In this document: positions 20,576 through 29,584 of the stretch, piece by piece | How positions within the stretch are numbered: the stretch's first letter is position 1 | How the letters are laid out: the number at the start of each line of letters is the position of its first letter | From: Pseudomonas aeruginosa | GTDB taxonomy: Bacteria > Pseudomonadota > Gammaproteobacteria > Pseudomonadales > Pseudomonadaceae | Direction of reading: 5' to 3' | Length of the DNA stretch: 32,000 nt | NCBI RefSeq assembly: GCF_001457615.1 | Contig: NZ_LN831024.1 | Span: 2,010,001 to 2,042,000, forward strand | Translations under genes and position numbers: made by a program | The notes under the pieces: generated by a model | Told to the model about the DNA's origin: nothing | What the model saw: only the letters and a program-made list of their open reading frames with translations | The model's database searches: none

Positions 20576-22957
20576 ATGAGTGCCATGAACCAGCATCAGC
20601 AAAACAAGGCGAGCCTGCTCGAACGCCTGATCTTCAACAACCGGCCGGTGGTGATCTTCCTCTGCCTGCTGGTCAGCGTCTTCCTGTTCTACCAGGCCAC
20701 CCAGGTGCGGCCGTCCACCAGCTTCGAGAAGATGATCCCGCTGGAGCACCCGTTCATCCAGAAAATGCTCGAGCACCGCAACGACCTGGCCAACCTCGGC
20801 AACACCGTGCGCATCTCGGTGGAGGCGGTGAACGGCGACATCTTCACCAAGGAGTACATGGAGACGCTCCGGCAGATCCATGACGAGGTGTTCTACATCC
20901 CCGGCGTCGACCGTTCCGGCCTGAAGTCGTTGTGGAGCCCCAGCGTGCGCTGGACCGAAGTGACCGAGGAAGGCTTCGCCGGCGGCGAGGTGATCCCGCA
21001 GACCTACGACGGTTCGCCGCGGGCGCTGGAGGAACTGCGCAACAACGTGCTCAAGTCCGGGCAGATCGGCCGCCTGGTGGCGAACAACTTCAAGTCGAGC
21101 ATCGTCGACGTACCGCTGCTGGAGATGTACCCGAACCCGAAGAACCAGAGCGAACTGATCAAGCTCGACTACCGCCAGTTCTCCCATGAGCTGGAAGAGA
21201 AGATCCGCGACAAGTACCAGTTGCAGAATCCCAACGTGAAGGTGCACATCGTCGGCTTCGCGAAGAAGGTCGGCGACCTGATCGACGGGCTGGTGATGGT
21301 GGTCGGCTTCTTCGGTATCTGCCTGCTGATCACCCTGGTCCTGCTGTACTGGTTCACCAAGTGCATCCGCAGCACCATCGCCGTGCTGATCACCACCCTG
21401 GTCGCGGTGCTCTGGCAGCTCGGCCTGCTCAACCTGGTCGGTTTCGGCCTCGATCCCTATTCGATGCTGGTGCCGTTCCTGATCTTCGCCATCGGTATTT
21501 CCCACGGCGTGCAGAAGATCAATGGCATCGCCTTGCAGTCCAGCGGCGCCGACAATGCGCTGATGGCGGCGCGGCTGACCTTCCGCCAACTGTTCCTGCC
21601 GGGGATGATCGCGATCCTCGCCGACGCCGTCGGCTTCATCACCCTGCTGGTGATCGACATCGGGGTGATCCGCGAGCTGGCCATCGGCGCCTCGATCGGC
21701 GTGGCGGTGATCGTCTTCACCAACCTGATCCTGCTGCCCGTGGCGATCTCCTACATCGGCATCAGCAAGAAGGCGGTGCAGCGCAGCAAGGATGACGCGG
21801 TGCGCGAGCACCCGTTCTGGCGCCTGCTGTCGAACTTCGCCAGCCCGAAGGTGGCCCCGGTGTCCATCGCCATCGCCCTGCTGATGCTCGGCGGCGGCCT
21901 CTGGTATGGCAAGCACCTGAAGATCGGCGACCTCGACCAGGGTGCGCCGGAACTGCGTCCCGACTCGCGCTACAACCTCGACAACGACTTCATCATCCGC
22001 AACTACTCGACCAGTTCGGACGTGCTGGTGGTGATGGTCAAGACCTCCCCGGAAGGCTGCTCCACCCACCAGGCCCTGGCGGCCATGGACGAACTGGCCT
22101 GGAAGCTGGAGAACACCGAGGGCGTGCAGTCGGCGATCTCGATGGTCACCGTGTCCAAGCAGGTGATCAAGGGGATGAACGAAGGCAACCTGAAATGGGA
22201 GACCCTGTCGCGCAACCAGGACGTGCTGAACAACTCCATCGCCCGTGCCGACGGTCTCTACAACACCGACTGCTCGCTGGCGCCGCTGCTGGTCTTCCTC
22301 AACGACCACAAGGCCGAGACCCTCGACCGCGCGGTGGCGGCGGTGCAGGCCTTCGCCGCGGAGAACGACAAGGACGACCTGCAGTTCCAGCTGGCCGCCG
22401 GCAACGCCGGGATCGAGGCCGCCACCAACGAGGTGATCAAGCAGTCCGAACTGATCATCCTGGTTCTGGTGTACATCTGCGTGGCGGCCATGTGCATGAT
22501 CACCTTCCGTTCCTTCGCCGCGACCCTCTGCATCGTCCTGCCGCTGATCCTCACCTCGGTGCTGGGCAACGCGCTGATGGCGGCGCTGGGCATCGGCGTG
22601 AAGGTCGCGACCCTGCCGGTGATCGCCCTCGGCGTCGGCATCGGGGTGGACTACGGGATCTACATCTACACCCGCCTGGAGTCTTTCCTGCGCATGGGCC
22701 TGCCGTTGCAGGAGGCCTACTACGAGACCCTCCGCTCCACCGGCAAGGCGGTGCTGTTCACCGGCCTGTGCCTGGCGATCGGCGTGGCCACCTGGATCTT
22801 CTCGGCGATCAAGTTCCAGGCCGACATGGGCCTGATGCTGACCTTCATGCTGCTCTGGAACATGTTCGGCGCCCTCTGGCTGCTGCCGGCCCTGGCGCGT
22901 TTCCTGATCAACCCGGCCAAGCTGCAGGCCAGGAAGGCCTCGCTGTTCGCTCACTGA
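20576..22957 (+). CDS. MMPL/RND-superfamily transporter, 793 aa
   Basis: Twelve-TM-like organisation with two large periplasmic loops; GISHGVQKING and GVGIGVDYGIYIYTRLE motifs; FLCLLVSVFLFYQATQVRPSTSFEKMIPLEHPF. Confidence 0.93.
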   Translation: MSAMNQHQQNKASLLERLIFNNRPVVIFLCLLVSVFLFYQATQVRPSTSFEKMIPLEHPFIQKMLEHRNDLANLGNTVRISVEAVNGDIFTKEYMETLRQIHDEVFYIPGVDRSGLKSLWSPSVRWTEVTEEGFAGGEVIPQTYDGSPRALEELRNNVLKSGQIGRLVANNFKSSIVDVPLLEMYPNPKNQSELIKLDYRQFSHELEEKIRDKYQLQNPNVKVHIVGFAKKVGDLIDGLVMVVGFFGICLLITLVLLYWFTKCIRSTIAVLITTLVAVLWQLGLLNLVGFGLDPYSMLVPFLIFAIGISHGVQKINGIALQSSGADNALMAARLTFRQLFLPGMIAILADAVGFITLLVIDIGVIRELAIGASIGVAVIVFTNLILLPVAISYIGISKKAVQRSKDDAVREHPFWRLLSNFASPKVAPVSIAIALLMLGGGLWYGKHLKIGDLDQGAPELRPDSRYNLDNDFIIRNYSTSSDVLVVMVKTSPEGCSTHQALAAMDELAWKLENTEGVQSAISMVTVSKQVIKGMNEGNLKWETLSRNQDVLNNSIARADGLYNTDCSLAPLLVFLNDHKAETLDRAVAAVQAFAAENDKDDLQFQLAAGNAGIEAATNEVIKQSELIILVLVYICVAAMCMITFRSFAATLCIVLPLILTSVLGNALMAALGIGVKVATLPVIALGVGIGVDYGIYIYTRLESFLRMGLPLQEAYYETLRSTGKAVLFTGLCLAIGVATWIFSAIKFQADMGLMLTFMLLWNMFGALWLLPALARFLINPAKLQARKASLFAH

Positions 22958-22978
22958 GTCGCACCGAGCCTCGCCAAG

Positions 22979-23004
22979 ACCGCGGCCCCGGCCGCGGTTT
23001 TTTT
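22979..23004 (+). terminator. Rho-independent terminator after the MMPL gene
   Basis: ACCGCGGCC-CC-GGCCGCGGT followed by TTTTTT. Confidence 0.92.
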
Positions 23005-23028
23005 CGCGCGGAGGAAGGCCGCCGCGCT

Positions 23029-24324
23029 TCAGTCCGGTGTGGCGGGGAACAGCAGCTCGCAGCGGAAGCGCTGCTCGTCGCTGCTGTAATGCAGGCGCCA
23101 GCCGCTCTTCTGGCACAGGCGCTGGACCAGGTCGAGGCCCAGGCCATAACCGAACGCCATCGACTCCTCCGTGCCCTGGGCCGCACCGATGGGGTTGCTG
23201 ATCAGCAGGCTGCGGTCGCGCACGACGATTTCCACCACGCCCTCGTCGCTGTACTGCAGGGCGTTGCGCAGCAGGTTGCCGATGATGATCCGTGCGCGGG
23301 TCTGCGGCAGGCTGTGTGGCTCCACGTCGAGGTGGAAGGTCAGGCCGCGGCGCTGGCTCAGCGCCTGCTGTTCCTCGAGCAGCTCCTCCAGCAGGCGACC
23401 GACCTCGATGTGTCCGTCGTCGCGCAGTTCGCCGCTCTCGCGGCTGAGCCAGAGCAGGGTTTCGGTCATCTGCTGCATGCCCAGCGCCGAGCGGCGGATG
23501 CGTTGCAAGGCATGCGGGGAGGGCGCGCGGCCGGGTTGGTCGAGCAGCTCCAGGTTCATGCCGATCACCGCCAGCGGGGTGCGCAGCTCATGGCTGGCGT
23601 AGCGCAGGAAGCGCTCCTCGCGCTGGCTGAAGTCCTTGATCCGGGTCACGCTGTTCCACAGGGTATCCGCCAGCACGTTGAGTTCGCGGTAGTTGAAGCG
23701 CGGCCGCTGGCTGTCCGGGGCGAGGTCGTCGAGGGTCATCGACCAGCGCGTCAGCTTGCGCAACGGCGCGACGATGAACCAGACCAGCAGGCCGACGGCG
23801 GCCAGCGAAGGCAGGGTGACCGATAGGGTGACGATCCAGGTCTGCCTGACGCGGGCGTCGATGATGGCGTCGGACAGCGGCGTGTCGATGCTGCCGGCGG
23901 CGTCGTTGTCGTAGAGGTAGAGCGTCTTGCCGTCGGCCAGTGGCTGGCGGACCACCACGTAGGCATCGTCGCTGGGCGCGTCGTCATCCTCCTCTTCGTC
24001 ATCGTCGTCCCAGTTGCCGAGCAGTTGCATGGCGCCGATGCTCTTGTAGGGCGGGGTGTCGAGCATCTCCCTGAGTTTCGGCGGCAGCCCCGCGGTGCCG
24101 ACGCTGCCCTTGAAGTAGTAGCTGTCCGGCGCCGGCGTAGCCGGGTCTTCCTGGTAGCGCTGGGCGAAGTACAGCCCTTCCTCTTCCATCATCATGCTGA
24201 GCAGGTAGAGGGCGCCGGTCTCGCCGTAGTCGCCGAGCATGCGCGTGTAGACCAGCAACACCCCGGCGAGGATCAGGGTGACGCCGCCGCCGACGATGGG
24301 GATCAGGCTCAGGCCGCGTTTCAT
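23029..24324 (-). CDS. cprS: Sensor histidine kinase, CprS-type, 431 aa
   Basis: Two TM segments, HAMP-like region, HELRTPLAVIGMNLELLDQ H-box, IGNLLRNALQYSDEG N-box, GYGLGLDLVQR. Pairing with the adjacent regulator and neighbourhood match CprRS as I recall it. Confidence 0.88.
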   Translation of the reverse strand: MKRGLSLIPIVGGGVTLILAGVLLVYTRMLGDYGETGALYLLSMMMEEEGLYFAQRYQEDPATPAPDSYYFKGSVGTAGLPPKLREMLDTPPYKSIGAMQLLGNWDDDDEEEDDDAPSDDAYVVVRQPLADGKTLYLYDNDAAGSIDTPLSDAIIDARVRQTWIVTLSVTLPSLAAVGLLVWFIVAPLRKLTRWSMTLDDLAPDSQRPRFNYRELNVLADTLWNSVTRIKDFSQREERFLRYASHELRTPLAVIGMNLELLDQPGRAPSPHALQRIRRSALGMQQMTETLLWLSRESGELRDDGHIEVGRLLEELLEEQQALSQRRGLTFHLDVEPHSLPQTRARIIIGNLLRNALQYSDEGVVEIVVRDRSLLISNPIGAAQGTEESMAFGYGLGLDLVQRLCQKSGWRLHYSSDEQRFRCELLFPATPD

Positions 24325-24992
24325 TTGCGCTCCAGCTGGAAGCCGACGCTGTGCAGGGTATGGATCAGAGGGGTGGCGAACCCCTTGTCGACGGTGCTGC
24401 GCAGGTGGTGCATGTGCACGTTGAGGGTGTTGCTTTCCGGCGGTTCGTCGCCCCAGACGCTGCGCCCCAGCTGCTCGCGGGTGACCAGCGCGGGGCTGGC
24501 GCGCATCAGGCACTCAAGGATCTTCCAGGCGGTGGGGGACAGCGCCAGGGGCGTGCCGCCGCGGCTGGCCTGGCGGCTGTCGAGGTCCATCACCAGGTCG
24601 TCGACCTGCAGGCGCTGGGCCTGGCCGCTGCGGCGCCGGCTGAGGGCTTGCAGGCGGACCAGCAGCTCCGGCAGTTCGAAGGGCTTGAGCAGGTAGTCGT
24701 CGGCGCCGGCGTCGAAGCCGTCGAGCTTGTCCTGCAGGGTATCCAGGGCGGTGAGCATGAGTACCGGGGTCTGCAGGCCGGCTTCGCGTAGCTGGCGACA
24801 GACCTGCCGGCCGTTGATGCGCGGCAGCATGATGTCCAGCAGGATCACGTCGTAGCGGTTGGCGCGCGCCAGGTTGAGGCCGGCCTGGCCGTCGCGGGCG
24901 TGATCGCAGACCACCCCGGCGGCCTCGAGGTAGTCGATGACGGTGCCGGCGAGATCGAAGTTGTCTTCGACGACGAGTACGTGGATATGCAT
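24321..24992 (-). CDS. cprR: OmpR-family response regulator, CprR-type, 223 aa (alternative start at 25007 gives 228 aa)
   Basis: MHIHVLVVEDNFDLAGTVIDYLEAAG receiver, DVILLDIMLPRINGRQVC, LLKPFELPELLVRL, winged-helix C-terminus VTREQLGRSVWG...NVHMHHLRSTVDKGF. Stop overlaps the start of cprS. Confidence 0.88.
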   Translation of the reverse strand: MHIHVLVVEDNFDLAGTVIDYLEAAGVVCDHARDGQAGLNLARANRYDVILLDIMLPRINGRQVCRQLREAGLQTPVLMLTALDTLQDKLDGFDAGADDYLLKPFELPELLVRLQALSRRRSGQAQRLQVDDLVMDLDSRQASRGGTPLALSPTAWKILECLMRASPALVTREQLGRSVWGDEPPESNTLNVHMHHLRSTVDKGFATPLIHTLHSVGFQLERK

Positions 24993-25053
24993 GGTATCTG
25001 TTCGCATGACGGATGGGACGCTGTGCCTGGTTCGCCGCGGGCGTTGCCCGCGC

Positions 25054-26142
25054 CTACTTGAGCACCTTGATCGGCTTCACCGGGGTGCCGTCGCTCCACT
25101 GGCCCATGCCGGTCTGCTCCGGCGTAGCGCCCAGGGCGTACTGGCGGTTGCGGTTGTAGAACGCCGCGTCGGTGAGGCCATCGAACAGCTTCCAGGTGCC
25201 GTACCAGTCGAGGGCGTCGATCACCAGCGGGTCGTGGCCGGTATAGCGGCCTTCGGCCTGCTGCACTTCGAGGCGCTTCTCGACGCGGTCGAGCAACCAG
25301 TCGCTGTCTTCTTCCTTCGGATACTGCGGGCCGAATACCGGCGCGGTGGGCGCCGCGTGGTTGGCCAACAGCGGCGGAGCGCCGTGGCGATCGCTGCGCA
25401 GCAACAGCAGGTTCTTGTCGCTGGGCGGAATGTGCCGGCTCTGGCGGTAGATGCGCTTGGCGTCGGTGCAGGCCACGTGGCTGTCCTCGTCGCCGCAGAC
25501 CGCCAGCAGCAGGGTGCCCTTGGCCAGCCCCGACAGGCGTTCCTGGGCCACGCCGTCCCAGCGCTTGCCCTGGCTCTTGCCGGGCTCGACCACCATCAGC
25601 GCCTTCGCCGCCGGCAGCTTCAGGCGTTCGCTGGCGGCCGCCAGGTTGGCGGCGAGCAGTCCGCCGGCGGAGTGGCCGAGGTAGGCGACCTGGTTCAGCC
25701 GCGGGCGCACCCCCAGCTCGCCGGCCTGCAGGCGCCTGAGGGCGTCGCCGAGGGCGCCGGCGGCATTGTCGAGGAAGTCTGCGTTGGGCGTCTTCAGGTC
25801 CGGCTGGTAGCGCGGGTAGACCACCACCATGCCGCGGCGGACGATATGGTCGATCCAGGCGCGGTAGAGGTCCGGCTGCATCACGCTCCAGCCGTGCAGG
25901 AAGATCACCAGCGGAGCGTTGCCGGGGACCGGTTGCTCGGGGGTGAACACCCAGTATTCGCGAGCGCCTTCGCCGAAGTGCCACTGATGCACGCTGGCAT
26001 GGCGATAGGCCGCGCCGCCCGGCCCTTCGGCCGGCTGCGTCGGCGGCGTGGGCGGCGTGGGCGCGGTCGGCGGTTCGGCGGCCGTCGCGGCGTGGCCCAG
26101 GAGCAGGCCGCACAGGACGAGGTACAGGGTACGGAAGCGCAT
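25054..26142 (-). CDS. Secreted alpha/beta hydrolase, 362 aa
   Basis: Signal peptide MRFRTLYLVLCGLLLGHAATAAE, oxyanion region VIFLHGWSV, nucleophile elbow GHSAGG. True start is inside the track ORF 25054..28341. Confidence 0.85.
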   Translation of the reverse strand: MRFRTLYLVLCGLLLGHAATAAEPPTAPTPPTPPTQPAEGPGGAAYRHASVHQWHFGEGAREYWVFTPEQPVPGNAPLVIFLHGWSVMQPDLYRAWIDHIVRRGMVVVYPRYQPDLKTPNADFLDNAAGALGDALRRLQAGELGVRPRLNQVAYLGHSAGGLLAANLAAASERLKLPAAKALMVVEPGKSQGKRWDGVAQERLSGLAKGTLLLAVCGDEDSHVACTDAKRIYRQSRHIPPSDKNLLLLRSDRHGAPPLLANHAAPTAPVFGPQYPKEEDSDWLLDRVEKRLEVQQAEGRYTGHDPLVIDALDWYGTWKLFDGLTDAAFYNRNRQYALGATPEQTGMGQWSDGTPVKPIKVLK

Positions 26143-26195
26143 GCGGGCCCTCTTGCGGAATCGGAATGTCGTGCCAGTCCTAACCATAGCGCCGT

Positions 26196-27827
26196 TCAGC
26201 GCGGATAGAGCGGTGGCAGGCCGCCATTGTCGACCGCTCCCGCCGGCGCTTGTTCCGTGGTGGGCAGGGCGCGGATCGCCCGCCACAGGTCCTCGCCCTG
26301 CCAGGAATGGCCGCTCTCGCTGTACAGCGCGCCGTTGAGGCCATCCAGGGCGTCGGACAGCGGTACGAAGCGGGCCGCCATGTCGGCCAGGGTATCGGGT
26401 TGCTGACGGGCCCAGGCGTCCAGGGCCTGGCGGGTCGCCTGGGGATCGTTGGCCAGGCAGGCGCGGCGCAGCTCGTCGAGCAGGCTGCGGCTGCTCGGGC
26501 CGTTGGCCGCGGCGCGGATCACCGCCGGCAGCTGGCGGGCGCGCCACCAGAGGCCGAAGCCGAGCAGGGTGGTCAGGGCCAGCACGGCGGTAGCCAGTTG
26601 CCAGGGCCAGAGCGTCGGCTCCAGGTGTTCGCCGAGCGGCAGCGCCGCCGCCGGCGGCTCCGCCTCGGCCTGCGGCGCGGCGGCCACTTCCAGGGTGCGC
26701 GGTGGCAGGCTGGTGCGCTCCAGGCGGTCTTCGCGGGTGTTCCACCAGACCACTTCGAGCGCCGGCAACTCGATGCGCCCGGCCTGCTCGGGCACCAGCG
26801 CCTCGCGCTCCTCGCGACTGCCGATGAGGCCCTGGTCGGTGCTCTGGTCGGCCAGCTGCGGTTGGTCCGGGTAGCGCCGCAGGCCTTGCACGTCGGGCAG
26901 CGGCAACGGCGGAAGCTGGGTGCCGGAAAGCCCCTCGACCTTCAGCAGCACGTTGCGCGTCAGCGATTCGCCGACCTGTGCCTGCTCCGGCTGCGGGCTC
27001 CAGCTTTCGCTGATGCTCAGCGCGCGGGCCGGCATCCAGGGCGCGTCGGCCGGATAGTCGGCGGGCTTGGGCCGGACCTGCAGCGGGATGCTCGGCGAAG
27101 TCACCCGCATCTGCCGGCCGGGGCGCGGGCCGAAGGGGTTGTAGTCGTCGCTGCCACGGTCGACCAGGGTCGCACTGAAGGCTTGCGCAGGAATCTCCAG
27201 GGTGCCGCTCTTCTGCGGGAAGATCGCGTAGCGCACCTCGATCACGCCGTGGCGGATGCCGTTGATCTCCTTCTCGTAGGTGCGCGCCTCGCCGAGCTGT
27301 TCGACCTTCGCGTCGTTCATCGCCAGCGGGGTCAGGCTGCTGTCGTCGTATAGCGACACCGAGTGGTAGATGCGCAGGGTGAGGATCGCCTGGGCCTGCA
27401 CGTAGACTGTCTCCTGGTCGACGCTGGCATCGATGAAGACCGGCGCCAGCTTGCTGCTCTTGGCGCGGTCGCGCGCCTCCAGTACGTGCAGCCTGATCGG
27501 CTGGGTGCTGCTGGCGCCGAGGCTGATCGGCGGGATCGCCACGTAGCCGCTCTGCTTCGGCAGGAGGGTGACGATCCAGCGGGTGGTGGCCTGGGCCCGG
27601 CCGTTCTGCGTGGCGAGACGGTTGACCTGGCGCGTGCCGAGGACCTCGAAGAGGGCGTCCAGCGGGCTCAGGTCGGGTTTGCCGAAGAGGGTCGGGTCGT
27701 CCGATTCCAGCGTCAGTTCGACGCTTTCCCCTTCGGTCAGGCGGGCGCGGTCGACGCTGGCGCTGAAGCTGGCATGGGCGGAAACGCAGAGGAGCGCGAG
27801 AAGCAGGCTGCAGAACAGGCGGATCAT
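26196..27827 (-). CDS. BatD-family protein, 543 aa
   Basis: Signal peptide MIRLFCSLLLALLCVSAHASFSASVDRARLTEGESVELTLES. Proline-rich Ig-like repeats and a C-terminal TM (LATAVLALTTLLGFGLWW). Confidence 0.88.
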   Translation of the reverse strand: MIRLFCSLLLALLCVSAHASFSASVDRARLTEGESVELTLESDDPTLFGKPDLSPLDALFEVLGTRQVNRLATQNGRAQATTRWIVTLLPKQSGYVAIPPISLGASSTQPIRLHVLEARDRAKSSKLAPVFIDASVDQETVYVQAQAILTLRIYHSVSLYDDSSLTPLAMNDAKVEQLGEARTYEKEINGIRHGVIEVRYAIFPQKSGTLEIPAQAFSATLVDRGSDDYNPFGPRPGRQMRVTSPSIPLQVRPKPADYPADAPWMPARALSISESWSPQPEQAQVGESLTRNVLLKVEGLSGTQLPPLPLPDVQGLRRYPDQPQLADQSTDQGLIGSREEREALVPEQAGRIELPALEVVWWNTREDRLERTSLPPRTLEVAAAPQAEAEPPAAALPLGEHLEPTLWPWQLATAVLALTTLLGFGLWWRARQLPAVIRAAANGPSSRSLLDELRRACLANDPQATRQALDAWARQQPDTLADMAARFVPLSDALDGLNGALYSESGHSWQGEDLWRAIRALPTTEQAPAGAVDNGGLPPLYPR

Positions 27828-29584
27828 GGCGTGGCTTCCTGGCGTTGCTGCTGTTGGTACCAGAACTTGCGCCGCAGCAATTCGGCGGGATCGTCGGGAA
27901 TCTGTCGCAGCCATTGCTCGAGGGCCTGGCGACGTTCGTCGTCGAGTCCGTCGTCGGCTTCCTCGTCGCCCGTCCGCTCGTCCTCGGCGTTGGGCTGCGG
28001 CTGCGCTTGGCCGGGTGCTCCGGCGGTCTTCTCGCCTTCGTCTTCCGGCAGGCTGGTCGAGGGCGCCGCGGCCTGGGCCTTCTGCGCATCGACGGTCGCC
28101 GCGTCGCGCGGCGGCCGCTGGCTGCTTCCGGATGGCGGGCTCTGCTGGCTCGCTTCCTGGCGCTGTTCCTTGTTCTCGCCGGCCTGCTGCTGCGCCGCCT
28201 GTTCCTGGCGTTGGCGCAGCAGTTCCTCGACCAGGGCCTTGTTGCGTTGCGCGGCGACCAGTTGCGGCTGGCGCTCCAGGGCTTGTTCGTAGGCGTCGAC
28301 GGCGGCTTCCAGTTCGCCCTGGCGGGCCAGGGCGTTGCCACGGTTGTAGTGATCGTCGGCCTGGTCGCCCTGGGCGAAGGCCTGGGCCGCGGCGGCGTAG
28401 TCGCGGGCCTGGTAGAGCGACAGGCCTTTCCAGCGGAAGTCCTCGAAGCGCTTCGCCGCCTCGTCCGCCTGGCCCCGTTGCAACAGGCGCTGGCCTTGCT
28501 GGTCCGGACGCAGCCAGAGGTCTTCGAACTGGAAGGCCATGGCCGGTTGCGGCAGGCTCAGCATCAACAGCGGCAGGCAGAACAGCCAGCCGCGCCGTCC
28601 GGCACAGGCGGCCAGCAGGAGCAGCGGCAGGAGCAGCCAGTAACCCTGGTCGGCCCAGCGCTGCAGGCGCAGCAGGGCGTTCTCGCGATCTTCCTCCAGC
28701 GTGCCGCCGCGGGCCAGCAGGCCGAGGCTGTCGAGGTCGCGGTCGTTCGGCCGCAGGCGCTGGTAGCCGGCGCCGATCTCCGCGGCGAAGCGGCGCAGCC
28801 CGCTTTCGTCGAGCCTGGGCAGGAGGATGCCGCCCTGGTCGTCCTTGAGGAAGCTGCCATCCTCCTGCTGCACCGGAGCGCCCTTCGGCGTGCCGACGCC
28901 GAGCACGGCGAGGCGCGCCGCCCGGTGCTCGAGGGCGCTGCGGATGCCCTGGCGCTCGGGTTCGCTCAGCTCGCTGGTCAGCAGCAGCAGGCGGCCGCGG
29001 CCCTGGGCGCCCTGTTCCAGCAGGTCGAGGGCCTGGCGCACGGCGAGGTCGGCGCGCTGGCCGGGCTCGGGCATGATCGAAGGTTTCAGGGCGTCGAGCA
29101 GGTTGCGCGCGGTGAGCTGGTCGTCCGACAGCGGCACCAGGGTATGCGCGCTGCCGGCGTAGACGACGATTGCGGTCTGCGCGTCGTTGCGCGTGCGAAG
29201 CAGGTCGAGCAGCTTGCGCCGGGCCTGCTCCAGGCGGGTCGGCGACAGGTCGCCGGCAAGCATCCCGGGAGTCAGCTGGAGGATCGCCACCAGCGGGTCG
29301 CTACGCTTCATCGAGGGCTGTTCCAGTTGCTGCCAACTGGGCCCGAGCAAGGCCAGCAGGGCCAGCAGCCAGGCGATGCCGAGGCAGATCCAGGGCATGC
29401 GGTTCTGCCGCCCGGCGCCGCCGACCAGCAGCCAGGGCTGGAAGGCCGTCGGCAACAGCAACTGCCAGCGTCCGGCACGACGCTGGCGATGCAGCAGCTT
29501 CCACAGCAACCAGCCAAGCAGCGGCGCCAGCAGCAGCCAGTAGGGGCGCAGCCAGTGCGGCCAGGCGTCCAGCAACAGGTTCAT
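27824..29584 (-). CDS. vWA + TPR protein (BatB/BatC fusion), 586 aa
   Basis: MNLLLDAWPHWLRPYWLLLAPLLGWLLW...LSPTRLEQARRKLLDLLRTR vWA domain, then HYNRGNALARQGELEAAVDAYEQALERQPQ TPR and a low-complexity Gln/Glu tail. Confidence 0.88.
   Translation of the reverse strand: MNLLLDAWPHWLRPYWLLLAPLLGWLLWKLLHRQRRAGRWQLLLPTAFQPWLLVGGAGRQNRMPWICLGIAWLLALLALLGPSWQQLEQPSMKRSDPLVAILQLTPGMLAGDLSPTRLEQARRKLLDLLRTRNDAQTAIVVYAGSAHTLVPLSDDQLTARNLLDALKPSIMPEPGQRADLAVRQALDLLEQGAQGRGRLLLLTSELSEPERQGIRSALEHRAARLAVLGVGTPKGAPVQQEDGSFLKDDQGGILLPRLDESGLRRFAAEIGAGYQRLRPNDRDLDSLGLLARGGTLEEDRENALLRLQRWADQGYWLLLPLLLLAACAGRRGWLFCLPLLMLSLPQPAMAFQFEDLWLRPDQQGQRLLQRGQADEAAKRFEDFRWKGLSLYQARDYAAAAQAFAQGDQADDHYNRGNALARQGELEAAVDAYEQALERQPQLVAAQRNKALVEELLRQRQEQAAQQQAGENKEQRQEASQQSPPSGSSQRPPRDAATVDAQKAQAAAPSTSLPEDEGEKTAGAPGQAQPQPNAEDERTGDEEADDGLDDERRQALEQWLRQIPDDPAELLRRKFWYQQQQRQEATP

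Noticed and set aside
19439-23116. 1225-aa antisense ORF spanning the YCF48-like and MMPL genes
   Set aside because: His/Gln/Arg/Val/Ala-rich translation is typical of the antisense frame of GC-rich codons. No SD, no recognisable motifs, and it runs across well-supported genes and the intergenic region.
26143-26195. TGGCACG on the - strand upstream of the alpha/beta hydrolase, resembling a sigma54 -24 box
   Set aside because: At the -12 spacing the sequence is TCCGA rather than TTGCA, with CG instead of the required GC.
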